Below are positions 36,375 to 45,226 of a DNA stretch of 64,000 nt, piece by piece. The notes below the pieces were generated by a model. That model saw nothing but the letters and a program-made list of their open reading frames with translations. It made no database searches and was not told the origin of the DNA. The DNA is taken from positions 1,056,001 through 1,120,000 of the forward strand of contig CAWBZI010000001.1 in the NCBI GenBank assembly GCA_963793265.1. Direction: 5' to 3'. Both the position numbers and the translations under genes were made by a program. The first letter of the stretch is position 1. Each line of letters opens with the position of its first letter. Origin of the DNA: an uncultured cyanobacterium (lineage in GTDB: Bacteria > Cyanobacteriota > Cyanobacteriia > Phormidesmidales > Phormidesmidaceae).

Positions 36375-37700
36375 TTAGGAGGCTGGCTTGAGGATAACAG
36401 CCCCGTAAGCATCTAAGGATAAATAGCGCTGCGCTGCCGAGCGAATATCTTCAGCGCTCACGCGGCGAATCCAATCGGGATAGTCTAGGGCATGGCGAAT
36501 GTCGCCTGTCATGGCTTGATAGTAGCCGTAGAGGCTGGCGCGATCACTCGGTGTTTCACTGCCAAAAACATAGCGATTTGCCACCTGAGTTTGCACCCGT
36601 TGTAGCTCAGCAGTCGTCACCAGCTCCTGATGAAGCCGCCGGATATGCTCTAATATAGCCGCCTCTACCGCAGCCAAATGAGTCACGGCAGCATTCGCTG
36701 AAATATAGAAAATACCTTGAGCGCCGAAGGTCATATTGCTTACTGAAATGCTATTGACCAGGTGCCGCTGCTCGCGCAAATCAGCCGTTAGCCGGGCCGT
36801 AAAGCCACCGCTCAAAATAGAAGCGACTACGCTGAGCGGATACGTTTTTTCTAAATCGTGCATACCCGGCACGCGCCAGGCCATCACCAGCCGGGCCTGC
36901 TGCAACGCCTTATCGACATATTCAGTGCGCTCAATTGTTTTGAAGCGCGGTTCAGATTGAAGATCGGGTTGAACAGAAGGCATTTGTAAGGAATCCTGCC
37001 GATTCGCCTGCCGTGCTGAGGACGCTGCAAAGCCTTCTTCGACGATCCTAATGAGATCGTCTACCGGCAAATTGCCTACGGCTACTGCCGTCATATTCGA
37101 AGGCTGATACCACCTCTGATGAAACGAGCGCATTTGCTGAGCGGTTAGGGTCGCGATCACCTCCACCGATCCCAGCACAGGTCTACGATAGGGCAGCGCC
37201 TGAAAACTCATCTCCATAGAACGATAGAACGTGCGCCGCTGCGGGCTATCTTGAGCCCGACGAATTTCTTCTAGAATGACGGGCCGCTCTCGCTCAAAAT
37301 GGTCGTCTTGCAGCGCTGGATTCATCACCAGCTCTATCTGCAAAGGCGCTAGCGTTTCAAAATCTTTAGGCGCAGTCGTAATGTAGTAGTGAGTATAGTC
37401 CTGACTTGTCGCGGCGTTCATCACGGCCCCTCGCGATTCGACCAGTCGCTCAAACTCACCACAGGCGATTTCAGAAGTGCCCTTAAACATCATGTGCTCT
37501 AAAAAGTGAGCCATGCCGTTGATAGAATCGGGCTCTACGCGAGAACCCATATTTAGCCACAGGCTAAGATTGACTGCCGCTACAGGCATTTGCTCCGCAA
37601 TAATCGTGAGCCCATTCGCCAAACGGCGTACCGTTGGCGCTGTAATACTGGGCGATAAAAAGTTAGGACGAGCCTCAGGAAAGGCTGTAGGAGTTGCCAT
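36375..37700 (-). CDS. Zn-dependent peptidase M16 (pitrilysin family)
   Basis: HFLEHMMFKGT inverted zinc motif, NAATSQDYT. Confidence 0.93.
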   Translation of the reverse strand: MATPTAFPEARPNFLSPSITAPTVRRLANGLTIIAEQMPVAAVNLSLWLNMGSRVEPDSINGMAHFLEHMMFKGTSEIACGEFERLVESRGAVMNAATSQDYTHYYITTAPKDFETLAPLQIELVMNPALQDDHFERERPVILEEIRRAQDSPQRRTFYRSMEMSFQALPYRRPVLGSVEVIATLTAQQMRSFHQRWYQPSNMTAVAVGNLPVDDLIRIVEEGFAASSARQANRQDSLQMPSVQPDLQSEPRFKTIERTEYVDKALQQARLVMAWRVPGMHDLEKTYPLSVVASILSGGFTARLTADLREQRHLVNSISVSNMTFGAQGIFYISANAAVTHLAAVEAAILEHIRRLHQELVTTAELQRVQTQVANRYVFGSETPSDRASLYGYYQAMTGDIRHALDYPDWIRRVSAEDIRSAAQRYLSLDAYGAVILKPAS

Positions 37701-37823
37701 AGACGCTTGGAATTTCGTTGCTTGTATTCAATTGTATCGTTAGGGTCATGTTACAAACTGCATAGCAAGCTACCGCGAAAGGGTTTGACACTCCCACGGC
37801 TAAAGCGCATGGGATTCTTCTTT

Positions 37824-39008
37824 CTACGAGGCGACTTGCTCAGCTTTGCCGAAGCAGGGCTGAGTAGCGGTCATCTCTCCAGAAGCGTTCACTCTGACAG
37901 GCAGAGTCGTTCCCACATGCCCTGTGGTACGTATCCCAGCGCTCAATATATTCAGCGCTGCATTCTCATCTCTATCTAGCCGACTCCCACAGGCGCAAGC
38001 ATGAGTTCTTGTCGATAGCGACTTCTTTACGATTGCGCCACAGCTAGAACACGCTTGAGAGGTATAGGCAGGATTCACCGCAACAGTGATGCGCCCAAAC
38101 ACCTTCCCATATCGCTCTAGCCACGTTCTGAACTGATACCAACTGGCATCAGCAATCGATTTTGCCAGGCAATGGTTCTTCACCATATTCCTGATGCTCA
38201 AGTCCTCGTAGGCGATGAGGTCGTTAGCTCTCACTACGCACCGCGCCAACTGTACGGCGTGGTCTTTACGCTGCCTACTCACTTTCAAATCAAACCGAGC
38301 GAGCTTGTTGATAGCCTTCTTGCGGTTGTTACTCCCTTTCTTCGTTCTCGCTAGCCGACGCTGCAACGTGCGGCGCTTAGCTTGTGACTGGCGGTAGAAG
38401 CGCGGGTTCTTCTCCTTCTCACCATTGCTATCGGTATAGAACGATGCCAAGCCCACATCTAAGCCGATGGTCTTGCCCGTTGCCTCTAGCGGTTCAGAAC
38501 GGTCTATCTGTATGCAGAACTGACAGTAGTAGCCATCGGCACGGCGCACCAAACGCACCCGCTTGATTAGCTCAACCGGATAGTGCGCTAAGTCATGCGT
38601 ACCCACCAGCTTCAGAAGGCCGATGCCTTTCTTATCGCTGAAGGTGATCCGCTTCGTACCTATCAGCTTCCACCCTGACGTTTTGTACTCGACTGAGCGA
38701 GCAAACTTCTTGAACTTGGGATAGCCAACCGGCTTGATGCCTTGCTTGCAGTTCTCGTAGAACCGACTAATGGCAGACCAGGCACGTTCTGCACTGGCTT
38801 GACGCGCCATGCTATTGAGTTCACCGGCAAAGTCAAAGTCTTTCGCTAAGACTGCACATAGCTTATTGAGGTCATATTTACTGACCTTGGGGTTGTCCAT
38901 CCAGTGCCGCAGCGCTTTGTTCTGAACAAACTGAGCGGTGCGGATAGCTTCGTCTATGGCAGCCAATTGAACCGGCTTTGCTTTGACCTTGAACGCTTGG
39001 ATTAGCAT
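37824..39008 (-). CDS. tnpB: RNA-guided endonuclease TnpB
   Basis: GLDVG (RuvC-I D), YEDL (RuvC-II E), TSQACSSCG...CACG zinc ribbon, DRDENAALNI (RuvC-III D). Confidence 0.96.
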   Translation of the reverse strand: MLIQAFKVKAKPVQLAAIDEAIRTAQFVQNKALRHWMDNPKVSKYDLNKLCAVLAKDFDFAGELNSMARQASAERAWSAISRFYENCKQGIKPVGYPKFKKFARSVEYKTSGWKLIGTKRITFSDKKGIGLLKLVGTHDLAHYPVELIKRVRLVRRADGYYCQFCIQIDRSEPLEATGKTIGLDVGLASFYTDSNGEKEKNPRFYRQSQAKRRTLQRRLARTKKGSNNRKKAINKLARFDLKVSRQRKDHAVQLARCVVRANDLIAYEDLSIRNMVKNHCLAKSIADASWYQFRTWLERYGKVFGRITVAVNPAYTSQACSSCGAIVKKSLSTRTHACACGSRLDRDENAALNILSAGIRTTGHVGTTLPVRVNASGEMTATQPCFGKAEQVAS

Positions 39009-39014
39009 GTTATT

Positions 39015-39057
39015 ATTCTATCGCTCTTAGTATAACAAAGCTGTAAAGCCCTGTGAA
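39015..39057 (-). promoter_or_regulatory. Putative tnpB promoter
   Basis: TTCACA-17 nt-TATACT (with TG extension), plus a second TAGAAT 7 nt before the ATG. Confidence 0.55.
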
Positions 39058-39195
39058 CACTGGCTGTTCGTTAGCACTCACCTGAGAGATGCAGTCCTAC
39101 ATCCCACGGCTAAAGCGCGTGGGTTTTGACACCTTCTCTCAAACTCTCTACGGTTCTATAAAGGCTTGTCGTCAACTGATTAGGAAGATAGCGTC

Positions 39196-39915
39196 ATGGG
39201 GACATGGATTAAAGAAACAGCGACCGCGTTTTATTTAATGGAAGGGGGCCACTATATTTCAAAGATCACCAAGTATCCTTCTAAAAATAATCCTGCTGAG
39301 CAGGTCGTTAATATCGCAGGCATGAAAGCATGGTTCGAGCGGCCAGACGCGCCCAGAGGCATGACGGTTTCTCAAGGTGGGCCAGAGCCTGCGAAAAAGC
39401 CTCAACCGGCAACAGTTCCCGCTACGCCAAAATCAGGATCGTCTGAGGGTAGCTCAGGTGGGCCAAAGCGCACCAATCAAAATGGCCTGCTGCTGATCAA
39501 ATCTTTTGAAGGACTAAGGCTTAAAGCGTACCGGGATGCGGTGGGCATTTGGACGATTGGCTACGGTACGACCCGAGGCGTACAGCCCAATATGAGCATT
39601 TCAGAAGATGAGGCAGAACAGTTTTTGCAGCAGGACTTGAATCGGTTTGAGCAGGCGATTAATGGCGCGGTGAGCGTACCGATTAACGACAATCAGTTTT
39701 CAGCGCTGGTATCGTTTACTTACAACGTAGGCTCTGGGGCGCTGCGAAGCTCTACGCTATTGAAGCTGCTAAATCAGCGTGATGATTTGCGTCGTACTGC
39801 TGACGAGTTTCCAAGATGGAATAAAGCGGGGGGCCGAGAGCTAGCGGGCCTCACCCGACGACGCCACGCCGAAAGAGCACTCTTTTTGGGCGAAGACTTT
39901 CACAACTTCCTTTAG
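39196..39915 (+). CDS. GH24 phage-type lysozyme with extra N-terminal domain
   Basis: IKSFEGLRLKAYRDAVGIWTIGYGTT (E-D-T triad), QFSALVSFTYNVG, GLTRRRHAE. Confidence 0.92.
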   Translation: MGTWIKETATAFYLMEGGHYISKITKYPSKNNPAEQVVNIAGMKAWFERPDAPRGMTVSQGGPEPAKKPQPATVPATPKSGSSEGSSGGPKRTNQNGLLLIKSFEGLRLKAYRDAVGIWTIGYGTTRGVQPNMSISEDEAEQFLQQDLNRFEQAINGAVSVPINDNQFSALVSFTYNVGSGALRSSTLLKLLNQRDDLRRTADEFPRWNKAGGRELAGLTRRRHAERALFLGEDFHNFL

Positions 39916-39978
39916 AAACAGCTTTTTTATAAAAACAGCTTGGGAAACTAGCCTCTTTACTAGCAGCAGCCATCTTTC

Positions 39979-40869
39979 ATGTTCTCTCGCTCAAAAACGG
40001 TTCTTACGCCCTATCTGTTCCTAGCACCAGCGCTAATTGTGCTTGTGCTAGTGGTTTTTTGGCCTGCACTCCAGGCTTTTCGTCTCAGCTTTATGGAGTA
40101 TGGCTACGATGTCACGCAGCCGCCCACCTGGGTAGGGCTCGATAATTTTCAGCGGCTGCTAAAAGATAAAACGTTTTGGCAAACGCTAGAAAATACGGTG
40201 CTGTATTTGGTGTGTGTGGTGCCGATACTCGCGATCGCCCCACTTCTACTCGCGATTCTAGTCAATCAAAAGCTCAAAGGCATTCGCTGGTTTCGAGTCG
40301 CCTACTACACCCCGGTTGTCGTATCAATGGTCGTCGCAGGCATTGCCTGGAACTGGCTCTATGCAGAAAACGGCCTGCTGAACCTGACGCTCTCTAGTCT
40401 CACCAACGGAAACGTTCGTATTCCCTGGCTCACCAGCCCAAAGCTTGCGCTCTTCAGCGTTATGGCCGTCACCATCTGGAAAGGCTTGGGCTACTACATG
40501 GTGATCTATTTAGCAGGACTGCAAGGGCTTCCTGCCGATTTGTACGAGGCAGCGGCGATTGATGGCTCGGACGGGTGGCGTAAGCATTGGGACATTACGC
40601 TGCCGCTGATGAAGCCCTATATGTTTTTGGTGGCGGTGATTAGCGCGATCGCTGCCACCAAAGTCTTTGAAGAAGTCTTCATCATGACCAGCGGCGGCCC
40701 CCGCAACGCCTCCAAAACGGTGGTCTACTACGTCTACGAATCCGCCTTCAAAGACCTAGACATGAGCTACGCCTGCACTATTGGCCTCGTGCTATTTCTG
40801 ATTATTCTGGCGCTCTCTTTTATTCGCCTGGTCATTTCCAACCCCGCCGAATCAGGCACTCAGCTCTAA
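39979..40869 (+). CDS. Carbohydrate ABC transporter permease (LacF/UgpA-like)
   Basis: PYLFLAPAL, VGLDNF, EAA loop LYEAAAIDG. Confidence 0.93.
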   Translation: MFSRSKTVLTPYLFLAPALIVLVLVVFWPALQAFRLSFMEYGYDVTQPPTWVGLDNFQRLLKDKTFWQTLENTVLYLVCVVPILAIAPLLLAILVNQKLKGIRWFRVAYYTPVVVSMVVAGIAWNWLYAENGLLNLTLSSLTNGNVRIPWLTSPKLALFSVMAVTIWKGLGYYMVIYLAGLQGLPADLYEAAAIDGSDGWRKHWDITLPLMKPYMFLVAVISAIAATKVFEEVFIMTSGGPRNASKTVVYYVYESAFKDLDMSYACTIGLVLFLIILALSFIRLVISNPAESGTQL

Positions 40870-40890
40870 ATTGTCTGGCTCGCCAGGAAC

Positions 40891-41175
40891 CTAGCCCATC
40901 ATTCGCAATAGCCCTTGCTGGCCCACCAAAATTTCTCGTAAAAAACTTACAAGACCCACCCAGATAACCGGGGAAATATCGACCCCACCAATCGGCGGCA
41001 CTAGCTTACGAACGGGAATTAAAAAAGGCTCTGTCGGCCAGGCCACAATCGCAAACGGAAACTTGTTCAGGTCAGCTTCGGGGTACCAGGTCAAAATAAT
41101 GCGGAACAGAAACAGCAGCGTGTAGATACTCAGTAGCGGGCCGAGAATCCAGGCGGCGATCGCAGCGTTAGACAT
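40891..41175 (-). CDS. YggT/YlmG family membrane protein
   Basis: RIILTWYP, PTEPFLIPVRKLVPPIGGVDISP; ATG 41175 preferred. Confidence 0.9.
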   Translation of the reverse strand: MSNAAIAAWILGPLLSIYTLLFLFRIILTWYPEADLNKFPFAIVAWPTEPFLIPVRKLVPPIGGVDISPVIWVGLVSFLREILVGQQGLLRMMG

Positions 41176-41359
41176 AGCTTTAAACAACGGCGCTCTTTAA
41201 TGGAGCCCTTGCCAATAGGGTTTTCTTTCATAAGCTTAATACCTTCGGAATCTCTTTCCGGTGCTTCCAAGGGGGCAATTGTCCGATATTATGGAATGTA
41301 ACTAACCGTTAGTAGTCTTTGATTTCCTTTGGCCCTCGGCTTGAACCGAGAATATAGAT

Positions 41360-41479
41360 ATGACACCTTCTTTAACCAACTTTCTGCTCAGCCTGCTAGC
41401 TGGTCTACTAATTTTGGTCGTGCCCGCAACAATTGCGCTCATCTTCATCAGCCAAAAAGATCAGATCACTCGCAACTAA
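41360..41479 (+). CDS. psbX: Photosystem II protein PsbX
   Basis: Manual translation MTPSLTNFLLSLLAGLLILVVPATIALIFISQKDQITRN*; missed by the ORF track; lies between yggT and ycf66. Confidence 0.95.
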   Translation: MTPSLTNFLLSLLAGLLILVVPATIALIFISQKDQITRN

Positions 41480-41530
41480 AGAAGGCTCATCTCACTAAAG
41501 AGCGGCCCGCATAAGAATATTTGATTGAAT

Positions 41531-41563
41531 ATCTGGGAGGGCTATCGTTGCCTTTCCAGATTT
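41531..41563 (+). terminator. Terminator after psbX
   Basis: ATCTGGGAGGGC...GCCTTTCCAGAT followed by TT. Confidence 0.55.
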
Positions 41564-41739
41564 CGTCTTATTTAAGCAGATGCTCAACAATTGCGCGTTT
41601 GTCAAGGCTAAAATGTAACTAGCTTGCAGCTCTGTATATAGAATGGCGTACTCAACCATTGCGTCAACTCTGCTATTGTGCAGCTAGCTAATGTGATGTA
41701 AGTAGGCAGCAAGCTGCTGTCATTTGAGAGGACTCGGCT

Positions 41740-42696
41740 GTGAATTTCGGTACTCCCGTCCCGCTACTAATCGGAATCATTTTGATTCTGGGCGCGTTGG
41801 CACTGTTCTTTTTAGAGAAGTTTCGGCCCGGCTACGAGCGTGACTCTGACAAAGTGTATGCCGTACTGCTGCTGATTTCGGGCCTGTTTTTGCTGGCCCA
41901 CCTCGACATGGAGCTACTGGCTTCATTCCAGCAGCTACTGATGGCTGGAATGCTCACGACGCTGCTAATTGAAAGCATCCGCAACCGACTGCCTCGCACT
42001 GAGCCAGTTTCGCCGCCTTTGGGCAATCGTCCGCCGCCGCGTCCTCGCTATGACGAGCGCCCACCGGCTCGCCGTGTGTACAGAGCTGAGCTAGACGATC
42101 GGGGGGTACCCGTTCCAGCAGGTAGCGCTTTTTCAGATAATCGCCCACGCCAGCCACGGATGGCTCCGGCCCCAGATCCGAGAATGGCCCCGGCCCAGAA
42201 CGAATATTGGCGTGATGAGTATAGCGATCGCCAAAACGCACCTCGACAGCCTTACGAAGAATATCGTGGCCCAGCCGGTCGCCTGCAACCGAGCCCTCAG
42301 AGCGATCGCTACGCAGACAATAACGGTCGTTACGGCGAACGCCCCCCCGCTAGATCCCCCGCTAATTCACCAGCCACTCGTCCGCCAGAGGGTAGACCTG
42401 AACAGCGTCCACCTCAAAACTTTCAACCGCGTCCAGACGACAGAAGGCCCGATGAAAGACGGCCAGAAGGCCCGCCAGCGAACAGACCTGGGAATGAAGC
42501 GGCGCAGTTTTCTGACTGGGCACAAGAGGGGAGAAGACCCGCGAACGGAGATCGTCCAAGCAACGGTAACGGCGGCAATGGCAACAGCGGTGATCGCCCT
42601 TCAAAGGCAGATCGTTCACTTAACGTCCGCCCCTACAGTGAAGCCCCTAAGCTAGATTTGAACAGGCCCGAAGGCGCACCTGCTGAGTCGTCTTAA
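41740..42696 (+). CDS. ycf66: Ycf66 family protein
   Basis: MNFG, RPGYERDSD, QQLL, ESIRNR and VYRAELD motifs; disordered Pro/Arg tail. Confidence 0.82.
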   Translation: MNFGTPVPLLIGIILILGALALFFLEKFRPGYERDSDKVYAVLLLISGLFLLAHLDMELLASFQQLLMAGMLTTLLIESIRNRLPRTEPVSPPLGNRPPPRPRYDERPPARRVYRAELDDRGVPVPAGSAFSDNRPRQPRMAPAPDPRMAPAQNEYWRDEYSDRQNAPRQPYEEYRGPAGRLQPSPQSDRYADNNGRYGERPPARSPANSPATRPPEGRPEQRPPQNFQPRPDDRRPDERRPEGPPANRPGNEAAQFSDWAQEGRRPANGDRPSNGNGGNGNSGDRPSKADRSLNVRPYSEAPKLDLNRPEGAPAESS

Positions 42697-42732
42697 CAGG
42701 CTCAGGCTTACAAGCCGCTCACGAGTAAATTG

Positions 42733-42767
42733 AAAAGCCCAAGGATGTTTTGATCCTTGGGCTTTTT
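42733..42767. terminator. Bidirectional terminator
   Basis: AAAAGCCCAAGGAT...ATCCTTGGGCTTTT between convergent genes. Confidence 0.8.
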
Positions 42768-42791
42768 AGTGGTTGATTCTAATTGAATTGT

Positions 42792-43454
42792 TTAGCGATC
42801 GCCCCGCCCATAGTCCCGCACGTTTTCAGGCACCGTCATACCTTCGATTAGCCGAGGATCGGCAATGGGCGTCCCGGCTGTCGGCGTCAGGGGTAAAACG
42901 CCCGCCCAAACTGGCAAATCGTAATCAGCTTCAGCATCAATCGGAGGCCCAGTGCGAATTTTGGCGGAGGCTTCCGTAATTGGCAAACTAAGCACAGAGG
43001 TTTCAGCCAGTTCAGCTTCGTTAGGCCCCCGCACATCATCCCATCGGCCTTTCATGACATGTTCGGTGAAAGCCTTGAGCGCGATTATTTTCTCTGCTGG
43101 ATCAACGACCTTCTCTGCCTTACCAAAGAGCACCACCGAGCGATAGTTCATTGAATGGTGATAGACCGAGCGGGCCAGCACCAAACCATCTAGCAGCGTG
43201 ACCGTCAGGCATACGTCAATGCCCATTTGCAGCGACTTCAGCATTCGACTAGCGCCCGCCCCGTGAATATACACCTTGTCGCCAGTGCGTCCATAAGCTG
43301 TAGGAATCACAAAAGGCTGGCCGTCTACGACAAAGCCAACGTGACATACCAGCCCTTCGTCCAGGATTTTAGCGACGGTTTTAAAGTCGTAGTGGCCGCG
43401 TTTAGGGGCTCTTTTGACCTGGGTTTTAGCGGTTTTCATAGCAGAGGTTTCCAT
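42792..43454 (-). CDS. Pyridoxamine 5'-phosphate oxidase-like flavin-nucleotide-binding protein (NimA-like)
   Basis: ILDEGLVCHVGF, YIHG, DGLVLARS.YHHSMNYRSVV, SAKIRTGPP; start is 43454 or 43439. Confidence 0.9.
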   Translation of the reverse strand: METSAMKTAKTQVKRAPKRGHYDFKTVAKILDEGLVCHVGFVVDGQPFVIPTAYGRTGDKVYIHGAGASRMLKSLQMGIDVCLTVTLLDGLVLARSVYHHSMNYRSVVLFGKAEKVVDPAEKIIALKAFTEHVMKGRWDDVRGPNEAELAETSVLSLPITEASAKIRTGPPIDAEADYDLPVWAGVLPLTPTAGTPIADPRLIEGMTVPENVRDYGRGDR

Positions 43455-43513
43455 AGCAAATATCGCTGAGTTGTGGGCGATCGCAAACATCAATAGCTGC
43501 TACGTTAGTCAAT

Positions 43514-43567
43514 AAACTGGCTACATCCAAGAGCCAATTTGAGCCAAAAGCATCAGTCCAATTTGAG
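43514..43567. promoter_or_regulatory. Putative MocR-family operator
   Basis: Direct repeats CCAATTTGAG at 43534 and 43558 plus inverted AAACTGG at 43514, between divergent regulator and target. Confidence 0.6.
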
Positions 43568-43578
43568 TAGACAAACCT

Positions 43579-45178
43579 GTGATAGACCTCGCGCTACAGA
43601 TTGAACCGGAGGCCAGTGAGCCGCTGCATCGGCAGATTTATGAGCAAATTCGAGTTGCGATTTTGACGGGGAGAGTGCGATCGCACCAAAAGCTCCCCGC
43701 CAGCCGCCAGCTTGCCAAATCCTTAAGCGTCTCACGCACCACCGTCATTCAAAGCTACGACCAGCTCATCAGCGAAGGCTATCTGCAAACCAGGCAGGGC
43801 GCAGGCACATTTGTGTGTGGGCAAATTCCCGACAGTCTGATTGAGACTGAGCGCTTCAGCAGTCAAATAAGAGAAGTTAAGCGGGCTACTGCAGATCTTG
43901 CTGCGACGAAGCAATCCCCTGCTGAGAGCAAACCCTTATCAGGGTTGAAACTCTCGGCGTACGGCGATCGCCTCTACAAAACCCCAGATCGCGCGCCCAA
44001 CCCCAATAGCAAATTTAGTTTTGCCTATGGCATCCCGGCCCTAGACCAGTTCCCCATCCAAACCTGGCGGCGGCTATGGAGCAAGCGCAGCACCGCTGAC
44101 ACTTGTTGGATGAACTACAGCCCAGATCCTACAGGCTACGAGCCACTGCGCGAAGAAATTTCGCAATACATCAGCCAGGCAAGAGCCGTATGCTGCCGCC
44201 CTGAGCAAATTTTGATTACAAACGGCACTCAGCAGGCATTGAGTCTAATTGTGCGGCTACTGATCGCGCCGGGCGATGTAATTGCCATAGAAGATCCCGG
44301 CTACCTCAGCGCCCGGCGAATTTTTGACAGCAGCGGCGCAAAGATTCTGCCGGTTCCTGTAGACGAGTCTGGTCTAAAAGTTAATGAAACCGGCGGGCTC
44401 CGTGAATTATCCGAAAGCCTGTCTGAACTTAAAACCCAACCGCCGAGGCTTGTTTACGTCACGCCCTCTCATCAGTTTCCAACAGGCGTACTGATGTCTC
44501 TATCGCGGCGGCTAGCGATTTTGCAATGGGCTCAGCAAAACGACGCCTTCATTGTTGAAGACGACTACGACAGTGAATTTCGCTACCGCAGCAGACCTGT
44601 CCCGGCGCTGCAAGGGCTCGATACCCACGAGCGAGTTTTGTACGTAGGCACGTTTTCTAAAGTCATGTTCCCAGGACTGCGCTTAGGGTACGTGGTGCTG
44701 CCGCCTGCGCTAATGCCGCTGTTTTTACGCGCTAAATGGCTGAGCGATCGCCAAAATTCCTTAATCGATCAGCAGGCACTAAGCGACTTCATTCAGCAAG
44801 GACACTTAGCCAAGCACGTCAGGCGAATGCGAGGGATCTATGAGCAAAGGCGGCGAGTCGCTCATCAACGGGCTAAAAGCAGCGGTTAATCCTCTAGGCC
44901 GTCCCGTCGATATTCTAGGCGACGAATCCGGGCTGCATATTATGGCGCGTTTTTCGATGGAGCAGTCCTCGGCGCTGAGCGATCACAACATCACCGCTCA
45001 AGCTAAAAAGCAGGGCGTAGATTTGTTCAGCGCTCAGCCGCAGTACTATCCGATGCGCGGTTCTACACCCAAAGAACCGCCTATCAACGGCGAATTTATC
45101 TTTGGATTTGGCAACATTAGCGAGCAGGCAATTGAGCAGGCAATCGCTAGAATACAGCCCATTTTGCAGAACCTATAA
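43579..45178 (+). pseudogene. MocR/GabR family PLP-dependent regulator, split by a +1 frameshift near 44857
   Basis: GntR wHTH, TPSHQFP, EDDYDSEF and GTFSK in 43579..44889; C-terminus (SLINGL...SGLH...FGFGNI) continues in the +1 frame to 45178. Confidence 0.85.
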
Positions 45179-45226
45179 CCGGGCGCTGAGCGATATCCTA
45201 TAAGGTACATGTCCTTCGCCGTGACT

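Larger units (their letters stand above)
37785..39157 (-). mobile_element. IS200/IS605-family element, tnpB only (IS1341-type, non-autonomous)
   Basis: Matching subterminal hairpins CCCA(T/C)GCGCTTTAGCCGTGGG near 37793-37813 and 39103-39123; right end GAAT-hairpin-AGTGTCAA; no tnpA. The left boundary is inferred. Confidence 0.88.

Noticed and set aside
37824..39008. TnpB as Cas12f or as a nuclease-dead TldR regulator
   Set aside because: No CRISPR array nearby, IS end hairpins are present, and all three RuvC acidic residues are intact
39196..39915. Prophage around the lysozyme
   Set aside because: No integrase, holin, terminase or structural genes; flanks are housekeeping
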